Shown here: piece by piece, positions 43,429-50,916 of the stretch
Layout of the letters: each line of letters starts with the position of its first letter
Position numbering within the stretch: position 1 is the first letter of the stretch
DNA from: Actinomycetota bacterium
GTDB lineage: Bacteria; Actinomycetota; CADDZG01; JAHWKV01
Assembly: GCA_046262935.1 (NCBI GenBank)
Contig: JBHELT010000020.1
Span: forward strand, 2,893-66,892
Length of the DNA: 64,000 nucleotides
Direction of reading: 5' to 3'
Made by a program: the position numbers and the translations under genes
The notes under the pieces: generated by a model
Seen by the model: the letters and a program-made list of their open reading frames with translations, nothing else
Databases searched by the model: none
Told to the model about the DNA's origin: nothing

Positions 43429-45113
43429 AGACTGGCGCTCTGATGCTGACCTCAGGCAGATCAACGCCGCGCGGTCCGGGTATCGCGTACACGGTGCTCG
43501 CTGGGATCATGGCACTCATGGTGGGAGTGTTGGCCTTGAACGCCAATCAGGCTCCCCCGCCACAGATCGCAGAGTTCGCTCCCCAGTCGATCGAGCAGAT
43601 AAAGAAAGCGCCGAATGAGCAAGGCAGTGACTTCGGACTCTTCGGTTCCGGTAACGGTGCGCAAGATCAGGGCCTCGCGGGCGGCGGAAGCATCCTTGCG
43701 TCGCCAACTCCACCTCCTGTCGACGTGCCTCGCCTTCGCCGGTGCTACAAGCAATCCGATGGCCGGCAAACCCAAACAGAAGATCCGCAGTCGCCGCCGT
43801 GCGTTGCCTACTTCGATCCCAACAAGAGCGACAACGGTGGTGCAACCAGTTTCGGTGTCACGCGCGATGAGATAACGGTTGCCTGGCCCGGAACCATCGA
43901 GAAAGCACGCGACACGCAAGACCTAGTCACGTTCTTCAACTCCCGTTTTGAATTCTATGGAAGAAAGATCGTCCTTCAGCCGTACGGTCCGCAGGGCGGC
44001 GTGTTCGGTCCAGTAGACGCGAGCACCATGCAATCGGATGCAGACTACGTCTATCAGCAGTTCGCCCCATTCGCATCGCTCGCATACATACCAAAGGCTG
44101 GCGTCGATCACTACTACTACGACAGGTTGGCGCGTGAACCCCACGGGATAGTCAGCATCAACAGTCATGCGACAAGCGATATGGAGCAGCACTTTCAGCA
44201 GTTCTCACCGTACGAATGGAGTTACCTGCCCTCTTACGATCTGCTGATGCGCAATTACGCTGAGTTCATCTGCAAGTCGCTAGCGGGCAGGCCGCCGAGT
44301 CACGCAGGAGTAGGCATAAGTGGCAATACCACTCCTAGAGTCTTCGGCATCGTGAAGATGATCGTGGCTGATAATTCGTCACCTGATTCGGCAGTATTGC
44401 GCTCTGCTCTCAATGACGGGTGTGGAGTAAGACCAGCGGTAGACGTTGCGATGAGCGATCCGAAGGACGTGATCAGTAAGTTCAAGATCGCGGGTGTCAC
44501 AACTGTCATCTGTCTATGTCAGGCGGGTCATTACTTCAACGACCTCATGCCTGAAGCAACCAATGAAGTTTTCTTCCCCGAGTGGCTCGTTTCTAGCTTC
44601 CACTATCTCGACTACGACTCGGCCGGACAGAAATACCCCAATGAGCACGCCGACCACATCTTCGGGATCACCTTCCACAACAAATGGCTGCCACAGAAGG
44701 ACATGCTCTGGTACCAAGCGATCAAGGAAGTGGACCCCGAGTACGAAACGGGCGACGACGGCTTTTCCAGCACTTCCTACGAGCGATATTACGAGCTGCT
44801 GGCCCTTTCTTCCGGGATACAGATGGCCGGGCCGCACCTGACCCCCGAGACGTTCGCCCAGGGTATGACTAAGGCCGGGTTCCCCGCTTCCGGATCGGGC
44901 AACGATCCGCTTTACTACCCGGGCGGGGGGTTCAGCGCCAACGATCACAGCATGGTCGATGACGCCTCGATGATCTGGTGGAGCAAGAACGACGAGGGGT
45001 ACACCACCAACGTCAGGGTGGGCACCTTCTGTTACGTAGACCACGGCAAGAGATACGGTCTCGGCCAGTGGCCATCGGGCGACCAGCCCTTCTTCCAGGG
45101 CTCGTGTAAATAG
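43425..45113 (+). CDS. Membrane-anchored periplasmic-binding-protein type-1-like (LivJ-like) solute-binding protein
   Basis: ATG 43425 forms an ATGA overlap with the upstream stop. It has an N-terminal TM anchor (GIAYTVLAGIMALMVGVLAL) and a low-complexity linker. The body contains GVTRDEITVAWPG...FEFYGRKIVLQPYG.... Confidence 0.45.
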   Translation: MKTGALMLTSGRSTPRGPGIAYTVLAGIMALMVGVLALNANQAPPPQIAEFAPQSIEQIKKAPNEQGSDFGLFGSGNGAQDQGLAGGGSILASPTPPPVDVPRLRRCYKQSDGRQTQTEDPQSPPCVAYFDPNKSDNGGATSFGVTRDEITVAWPGTIEKARDTQDLVTFFNSRFEFYGRKIVLQPYGPQGGVFGPVDASTMQSDADYVYQQFAPFASLAYIPKAGVDHYYYDRLAREPHGIVSINSHATSDMEQHFQQFSPYEWSYLPSYDLLMRNYAEFICKSLAGRPPSHAGVGISGNTTPRVFGIVKMIVADNSSPDSAVLRSALNDGCGVRPAVDVAMSDPKDVISKFKIAGVTTVICLCQAGHYFNDLMPEATNEVFFPEWLVSSFHYLDYDSAGQKYPNEHADHIFGITFHNKWLPQKDMLWYQAIKEVDPEYETGDDGFSSTSYERYYELLALSSGIQMAGPHLTPETFAQGMTKAGFPASGSGNDPLYYPGGGFSANDHSMVDDASMIWWSKNDEGYTTNVRVGTFCYVDHGKRYGLGQWPSGDQPFFQGSCK

Positions 45114-45246
45114 GTCCTATCTAAGGACCTCAACCAACATCCTCACCTCCAGGCGAGGGCAACGCCGAAAAACTTGTACGTACAGGCAGGAATCTGTGCC
45201 CGGGCGTCGAATCTTTAAGGCAGTCCTAACTAAGGAGAGCATCTCA

Positions 45247-45984
45247 ATGACTGATCGCAGTTTCAAGAAAGTACTTAGGTCATGCGTCGTTCTAGCAGCG
45301 ACGATGATAAGCACCTCGCTCGTTCTGATGCCCTCGCATGCCACCGCGGGCAGCAACCTTTTGCTGAACCCGGGTTTCGAGCAGTCGGCCCTCGACCCAT
45401 CTGGTGTTATCGGTTACACCAACCCACAACCCTTGCTCCCGACTAGCTGGGCATTCGAAGGAGCCTCGGCACTTTTCGACCATTCTCAGAACGGGTCCCA
45501 CTCTGGTCGCCGTCAGGCGGGCATCTCAGGGAACTTGGCCGGAACAAGTTCCGTCTGCGCTCCACCTCCCGCGGGATGCCAGTCGGATGGTCCTGGAGAG
45601 CTTGCCAAGAACACCGCGGCGCTCGCTTATTCGGCCACACCGGCCTGGCGCAATGCTCTGCCGATCCCCGTCACACAGAACACCAACTACACAGCCTCGG
45701 TATGGCAAAGCAGATCATTCGTTAGCCTTGGGGGAGGCGTCGCCATCCGAGTCCGATGGCTTACTGGCGCAGGCCAACCGCTAAGAATCGACACCGTCGC
45801 AAGCGTCACAAATACGCATGACTCCCCCGACATTCCGACTCCTTGGGCCCAGATCAGCGGTTCGGTGACCTCTCCTGTCGGAGCAGCGCAGGCCGTGATC
45901 TTACTGACCTACACGAACGACCTGTGGATAGGCAATGTTGTTTTCGACGATGTCTACTTCGGGACGACCGGGACGACCAACTAA
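45247..45984 (+). CDS. Secreted CBM_4_9-like (jelly-roll carbohydrate-binding-like) protein
   Basis: ATG 45247 follows AAGGAG. Signal peptide reads MTDRSFKKVLRSCVVLAATMISTSLVLMPSHATA. The mature protein contains NLLLNPGFEQ..., ...NTNYTASVWQ and ...VVFDDVYFG. Confidence 0.5.
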   Translation: MTDRSFKKVLRSCVVLAATMISTSLVLMPSHATAGSNLLLNPGFEQSALDPSGVIGYTNPQPLLPTSWAFEGASALFDHSQNGSHSGRRQAGISGNLAGTSSVCAPPPAGCQSDGPGELAKNTAALAYSATPAWRNALPIPVTQNTNYTASVWQSRSFVSLGGGVAIRVRWLTGAGQPLRIDTVASVTNTHDSPDIPTPWAQISGSVTSPVGAAQAVILLTYTNDLWIGNVVFDDVYFGTTGTTN

Positions 45985-46005
45985 GGCGAGCGAGGTTTCG
46001 AACCG

Positions 46006-46041
46006 AAAGAGCCGGCGAAACATGCCGGCTCTTTCTTCTTT
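46006..46041 (+). terminator. Rho-independent terminator-like hairpin with a T-rich tail
   Basis: Stem AAAGAGCCGGC (46006-46016), loop GAAACAT, stem GCCGGCTCTTT (46024-46034), then CTTCTTT. It lies 22 nt after the stop of the CBM-like gene. Confidence 0.6.
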
Positions 46042-47029
46042 AGAGCGAAACGGTTGGAACGTTGTTCGTCTTTCAACGTCTCGCGTGCGCGTCGATGTTC
46101 TTCCCGGAAAGGGAGCCGACATCCTTTCGATCAAATGGCTGCCGAAACAGGTGGAGTTACTTTGGACATCCCCCTGGGGCCTGCGCGACAAGGATGCTCC
46201 ATCGGTCGCAGGCAGCAGTGCAGAGCGATTCTTGGAGCTTTATCCGGGTGGCTGGCAGACCATATTTCCTAACGGTGGTGACGAGTGTGAACTCGATGGA
46301 GTCGTCCAACCCTTCCACGGCGAGGCTTGCATAAAACCATGGACCGTTACCGGGACTAACGTCACCGACGACCAGGTCACTATCGAGATGTCGATTCAGC
46401 TTTCGCTCTCTGCTTTTTCGTTATCCAAGAAGATCTTGGTCGGTGAAACAACGGTCACCGTCATCGAATCCGTCACGAACCTGTCTGATGGAATGCGCAA
46501 GGCGATGTGGAGTCACCACCCTGCATTCGGGGCCCCCCTGATAAGTGGGGCGACCCGGGTGCGATGCGGCGCCTCGACTTTCGTGGTGGACGATGAGCGC
46601 GACGAGCCGAACGGCGATCTGGTGTCTGGATCAACTTCCAACTGGCCATCGGCCCCGAAACAGGATGGATCGAGCGCCGACCTTTCTCGTCTCCCAGACC
46701 AAAGCACTCCACTCGATCGCTTTGGATATCTAACCGACATCGAGCAAGGGCACGCCGAGATCGCGAACCCTGAGATCGGCTTGAGTGTTTCCTTGCATTG
46801 GGATGCCTCTTTGTTTCCGAACGCCTGGTACTGGCTCGAAGCCCATGCGACCCAAGGGTTTCCTTGGTTCGGCAAGGCGTATGTATTCGCGATAGAGCCC
46901 GCGTCCAGCTATCCGGGACAAGGTATCGCCAACGTCACGAGCAAGACGGGGACCGAACTAACATTCGGCCCTTATGAGACGAAGACCCAGACGATCGAGC
47001 TTCGGGTAGCAGACTCTGCTTACAGATAG
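46022..47029 (+). CDS. Aldose-1-epimerase-fold (galactose mutarotase-like / DUF4432-like) protein
   Basis: Listed from 45935, but that version overlaps the upstream gene and the terminator. ATG 46022 gives MPALSSLERNGWNVVRLSTSRVRVDVLPGKGADILSIKW...LYPGGWQTIFPNGG...PFHGEA. Confidence 0.5.
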   Translation: MPALSSLERNGWNVVRLSTSRVRVDVLPGKGADILSIKWLPKQVELLWTSPWGLRDKDAPSVAGSSAERFLELYPGGWQTIFPNGGDECELDGVVQPFHGEACIKPWTVTGTNVTDDQVTIEMSIQLSLSAFSLSKKILVGETTVTVIESVTNLSDGMRKAMWSHHPAFGAPLISGATRVRCGASTFVVDDERDEPNGDLVSGSTSNWPSAPKQDGSSADLSRLPDQSTPLDRFGYLTDIEQGHAEIANPEIGLSVSLHWDASLFPNAWYWLEAHATQGFPWFGKAYVFAIEPASSYPGQGIANVTSKTGTELTFGPYETKTQTIELRVADSAYR

Positions 47030-48072
47030 ATGTCTACGAACCTCGGCCGGTAATTATCGACATCGGCATAAACGTCGTTGGTGTCCGAGCTATTGACGTT
47101 GTACGAGATAACGATCTTGCCAGGCGTATCGAGCTCGGGATGTTCTTTCGCGTTGTATGTGAAGACGTTGCCGGCTGTTTCAGGAGTCGAATACACGACT
47201 TCGGGGCTTAGCCAAGGCCCTTCGGGGGCGGCGGCGGTGAACATCAAGATGTCCTTGCCGATCGCATGATCTTGAGTGATGAGCCGAAAACTAGAACCGG
47301 CCTTCACGATACTCAACTCATTGGCGACTCCGCTCAGCAAACGCGCCGCGGCGATCGGGTTGGACGACCACCCCTCTCCATCGAAGTACTCCCACGATCC
47401 CATCACGTTTCCGCGGGCGGCACGCGCGATATGCAGGAACTTATCGAGGTGAAGATCTTCGACGCCGTAGATGTAGGTGTAGTCATCTGCCTCGAGGATG
47501 GCGTTGCCGTATGCGACGGGGCCTTGGTTGCTTCCGGGAACGAACGCGAGAGGCAAGGGCGTTATGCCATCGAGCTGCATCGAAGGAAGTGAGAACGTTG
47601 CGACGTCGACGCCGATCTGTTGAAATTCGAACCCGACTGCCACGAACTTCATCAGGAAAACGCGCAGCTTGTCGCCTTCGACGGTTGCGTCGCCCATCCA
47701 GTAGTAACCCGCACCTGCCGTCGTCTCGAGTAGGGACCGGGCTTGGAACTCATTGCCGCCTTTCATCGTTGACATGTTGGTCCCGTCATCGACTATGAAG
47801 GAGTTGTTGATGAAGGGGGTGCCTCGATCACGCGAATGGTCCTGGTTGACGGATCCGAGGAAGGTATCTGAAAAGATCCAAATGATCCTTCCGTCGGGTA
47901 GCTTCACCGAATAGGTGCCGTCGGCCCCCGTCCATCCGGTACCGGTGTCGCCGTATGAGAACAACCGCTGGTTGAGGGCCGTGTCGGGTCCTGCCGAGAT
48001 GACGCTCGCAGAAGATGGATGCGCGACAAACGACGCTGCGAGCAGCGCGATGGCAACAACGATACGTTTCAT
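47020..48072 (-). CDS. Secreted paralogue-type beta-propeller-like predicted glycoside hydrolase (DUF4185-like; family unverified)
   Basis: ATG 48072 follows GGGAG. Signal peptide reads MKRIVVAIALLAASFVAHPSSASV. The body contains GADGTYSVKLPDGRIIWIFSDTFLG...FINNSFIV...YYWMGDATVEGDKLRVFLMKF. Confidence 0.4.
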   Translation of the reverse strand: MKRIVVAIALLAASFVAHPSSASVISAGPDTALNQRLFSYGDTGTGWTGADGTYSVKLPDGRIIWIFSDTFLGSVNQDHSRDRGTPFINNSFIVDDGTNMSTMKGGNEFQARSLLETTAGAGYYWMGDATVEGDKLRVFLMKFVAVGFEFQQIGVDVATFSLPSMQLDGITPLPLAFVPGSNQGPVAYGNAILEADDYTYIYGVEDLHLDKFLHIARAARGNVMGSWEYFDGEGWSSNPIAAARLLSGVANELSIVKAGSSFRLITQDHAIGKDILMFTAAAPEGPWLSPEVVYSTPETAGNVFTYNAKEHPELDTPGKIVISYNVNSSDTNDVYADVDNYRPRFVDIYL

Positions 48073-48337
48073 CTCCCTAACCATTCGACGGGCGGGGGCC
48101 GAAATCCTTCCCACAATCTCATCGCAGGTCAATTCGTGCCCCCGCCCTTACACAATCCGAACCTCTTATACGGGTCCGCTTACCTGCTGAAGGGATCAAA
48201 GGTAGTGCTCACTGAACGACTGCCAAGGTGAGGCGCGAAGGCTATCGGTAGAATCCGACGGACCAACAACCCCATCTTGAACCGAACATTCTCTTAACTA
48301 GGGCCGTCCTTTCGGCACATCCAAGGCGAGTCCGGAT

Positions 48338-48961
48338 TTAACTGTGGCTTGTGGCCGCGTCAGCCATTGCGGATCGCACTAGAGTGCGGGCGGATGAGCG
48401 CATGATATCGACGGCTTCGTCTCGGGAGACGCCAGCGACGTCGGTTAGCCAGACCATTGCTTCGATACCAAGCGTGGCACGGATGGCGAGCACCAGCCGA
48501 TGAAGCTCCTCCGCTCGGATGCTCCCGCGCAATGGCATCAACGCTTCCTCGAACCAGCCGATGACCCGTCCTTGGCGAAGCGGAAGCTCGTCAGACTCCC
48601 CGGGTCCTGGCTCGAGCGACAGGCGTAGCTGGGCCCGCAACTCGGGCTCGAATTCAAGGATCAGGCGCGCAACCTCCGCGGCCACAATCTCCAGCCGAGC
48701 CAGCGGATCTTCTGTGTCCGCCGACCTAAGCAGCGACTGTTCCCCCATCTGGGGATACGTCGCAACCAGCAGTGCGCGCTGGTTGCGGAAGTAACGAAAA
48801 GCGGTAGTGCGCGACGTTGCTGCCCTATCGGCCGCCCTCTCGACGGTCGGCGTCACACCCTCCGAGAGCAGTTGGCGCGCCGCCGCGATGAGGGCGTTAC
48901 GTGTTCGTGCCTTTTGGTGCGTTCGCCCAGTCTGCTCATATGGGATTGACATGTCCATCAT
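48338..48961 (-). CDS. TetR-family transcriptional regulator
   Basis: N-terminal HTH reads TRNALIAAARQLLSEGVTPTVERAADRAATSRTTAFRYFRNQRALL. It is divergent from the cupin gene across a 54-nt spacer that holds an imperfect inverted repeat, TCATGG-aca-CCATAG (48975-48989). Confidence 0.85.
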   Translation of the reverse strand: MMDMSIPYEQTGRTHQKARTRNALIAAARQLLSEGVTPTVERAADRAATSRTTAFRYFRNQRALLVATYPQMGEQSLLRSADTEDPLARLEIVAAEVARLILEFEPELRAQLRLSLEPGPGESDELPLRQGRVIGWFEEALMPLRGSIRAEELHRLVLAIRATLGIEAMVWLTDVAGVSRDEAVDIMRSSARTLVRSAMADAATSHS

Positions 48962-49015
48962 GATACCCTACTGTTCATGGACACCATAGTTCCATCTAGC
49001 CCAAGGAGGGTACTC

Positions 49016-49546
49016 ATGACCAGTGCAGTTTCGGTGATTAGGCAGGAGGGCGAGGGCGAGCAGCGGTGGTTCGCTGGCGGAGGGCTCTTTACGATGAAGG
49101 CGACCTCGGAGGAGACAGGCGGCGCTTTCGCGCTGTTCGAGGATCGTGAAGTACTAGGCAAACCCACCCCCCTTCATCTGCATCCTGACGATGACGAGGT
49201 GTGCTACGTACTCGAAGGCGAGATCCTCGTGTACATCCACGGCGAGGAGCATCGCATCGCAGAGCGCGGCTTTTTCATGGCACCGCGCGGGGTGCCTCAC
49301 GCCTTCCTTGTGACATCCGAGACAGCACGACTACTCTGCTTGACGGTACCCGGAACGGGATGGGCCGAAGTGGTCTACCGTGACCTGTCTGAGCCAGCCA
49401 GCCCGGGTGCGGTGCCTGGGTCCCGGCTTGCCGATTTCGCAAAGATACGCGAAGTAGCCGAACGAGGAGAAAGCATCGAGATACTGGGTCCTCCCCCGTT
49501 CGCTTCGATGCAACCGCCGACGAACCCCGCGCCGGTAGGTAACTAG
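49016..49546 (+). CDS. Cupin-domain protein
   Basis: ATG 49016 follows AAGGAGGG. Cupin motifs: PTPLHLHPDDDEVCYVLEGEILV...APRGVPHAF. Confidence 0.75.
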   Translation: MTSAVSVIRQEGEGEQRWFAGGGLFTMKATSEETGGAFALFEDREVLGKPTPLHLHPDDDEVCYVLEGEILVYIHGEEHRIAERGFFMAPRGVPHAFLVTSETARLLCLTVPGTGWAEVVYRDLSEPASPGAVPGSRLADFAKIREVAERGESIEILGPPPFASMQPPTNPAPVGN

Positions 49547-49847
49547 CCTGAAGTTTGCAAGTCGCGTTCGTCGGGGCAGCGATTTACACGGGCCCGTTTC
49601 AGAGCAGTATCTCGCCACCGAACTTCGCTCTGCCTGGAGCTGATCCATATCTGGCACCTGATCGCGAGGTGGTGAAACGGTGCGACTCTGACCAGGTTTC
49701 ACCAGTAGACATGAAGAGGGCCTCAAAGTCGTCGGGGGTCAGGACAGAACAGCATCCAACACCCCTCATTGCCGACTGTGAAGCTGTGCGAGACATAGCA
49801 AGGGCGAACGCGTAATGGCCGGCGTATCCTTGATCACCGTTCCACCT

Positions 49848-49885
49848 ATGCTCCGCGACATCTGTCCACGATGCCCCGCGACATC
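49848..49885 (+). repeat. Two 15-nt near-identical direct repeats, ATGCTCCGCGACATC and ATGCCCCGCGACATC, with starts 23 nt apart
   Basis: Read directly at 49848-49862 and 49871-49885 (14/15 identical). They lie in a roughly 520-nt stretch with no convincing ORF. Confidence 0.6.
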
Positions 49886-50029
49886 ACAATGGGGCTCCTA
49901 ACGGGCCGCTATTCAAACTCAGACTTGTCTGGCCTTAGCCGCTTCCTCAATCAGGATTGATCGCTAGCGCTAAGGAAGGCAAATGGTGGAACAGCTAGTT
50001 TCGAGGGCCTCATATGGACGCGGCGATGG

Positions 50030-50059
50030 TTGCTCTCGGGAACATTGAGGGTGTATAGT
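50030..50059 (+). promoter_or_regulatory. Candidate sigma-70-type promoter giving a leaderless vapB transcript
   Basis: TTGCTC (50030-50035), an 18-nt spacer, then TATAGT (50054-50059). The vapB ATG at 50067 lies 7 nt after the -10 element, and no SD is present. Confidence 0.35.
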
Positions 50060-50066
50060 TAGGCGT

Positions 50067-50315
50067 ATGCCACGCATGCAAGTTTACCTTCCCGACGATC
50101 TACATCGTGAATTGAAGAAACACAAACTGCCGGCCTCGGAGTTATTGCAGGAAGCTGTTCGGGCAGAATTGCAGCGGCAAGGCCTACTCGCGGAGACCGA
50201 CCGTTATCTCAGGGATCTGCTATCCGAGGTGGGCAAGCCTGCTGCAGACCAACTCGCGCGTGCGGAAGCCATAGCTCGGAGAATTCGAGGACGCTCCGCG
50301 AAGCGGGCGAGCTAG
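50067..50315 (+). CDS. vapB: Ribbon-helix-helix (CopG/VapB-type) antitoxin
   Basis: 82 aa. Starts MPRMQVYLPDDLHRELKKHKLPASELLQEAVRAEL (an RHH beta-strand followed by helices). It sits directly upstream of a PIN-domain gene. Confidence 0.75.
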   Translation: MPRMQVYLPDDLHRELKKHKLPASELLQEAVRAELQRQGLLAETDRYLRDLLSEVGKPAADQLARAEAIARRIRGRSAKRAS

Positions 50316-50320
50316 CCTGG

Positions 50321-50701
50321 GTGCTGCTTCTCGACTCAAGTGCAGTAAGCCGTTTGGCGGAACGCAACAAGGAAGCGGCATCTTTGATTATGGCACTGAG
50401 AGGAGAGGGGCTTTGGCCACCCATCGTCCCAACCGTTGTCCTAGTTGAATGCCTCACGGGAGACGCGCGTCGTGATGCAAATACGAACCGGTTTCTGAAG
50501 ACTTGCGACCTCACCGAAGGTCTCCCCGAGACTCTCGTGCGGCGAGCCGCGCGACTGCGCACTTTGGCCAAGCGTGGATCAGCCGTGGACGCGACCTTGG
50601 TGGCTGCGGCGGAACCGGGAGGCACTGTGCTCACCTCGGATTTGGGAGACTTCCGGGCCTTGGCCGCTCATGCAAAAGGGGTACGGATTGAGCGCGTCTG
50701 A
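50321..50701 (+). CDS. vapC: PIN-domain toxin (VapC-type ribonuclease)
   Basis: 126 aa with a GTG start. Acidic residues are in the expected PIN positions (LLLDSS..., ...VECLTG..., ...SAVDATLVA..., ...LTSDLGDF). Confidence 0.75.
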   Translation: MLLLDSSAVSRLAERNKEAASLIMALRGEGLWPPIVPTVVLVECLTGDARRDANTNRFLKTCDLTEGLPETLVRRAARLRTLAKRGSAVDATLVAAAEPGGTVLTSDLGDFRALAAHAKGVRIERV

Positions 50702-50768
50702 GCAGTAGCTACTTCGGGGGTTCGAATAATCTCTTGTGGGGCGACCTGCGCAAGCTTATTCAAACTTG

Positions 50769-50841
50769 TGCCCCCGGCAGGATTTGAACCTGCGGCCTTT
50801 CGCTCCGGAGGCGAACGCTCTATCCCCTGAGCTACGAGGGC
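50769..50841 (-). tRNA. tRNA-Arg (anticodon CCG), 73 nt, CCA not encoded
   Basis: Folded by hand. The RNA reads GCCCTCG-TA-GCTC-AGGGGATA-GAGC-G-TTCGC-CTCCGGA-GCGAA-AGGCC-GCAGG-TTCAAAT-CCTGC-CGGGGGC-A. All four stems pair, with one G-U pair in the acceptor stem. The T-loop is TTCAAAT. Confidence 0.9.
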
Positions 50842-50916
50842 TGGGATGCCCCATTCTAGCCGGGCACAACCGGCTGCCAACGCCGGGGCTTCTTACGTGT
50901 GCGAAGATTCTCGGTC

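Noticed and set aside
49547-50841. Genomic island integrated at tRNA-Arg.
   Set aside because: There is no integrase, excisionase or transposase. I found no convincing direct repeat of the tRNA 3' end; the best match is a 9-10 nt CAGGATTGA near 49950. Only vapBC and a repeat-bearing spacer are present, so at most this is a decayed remnant.
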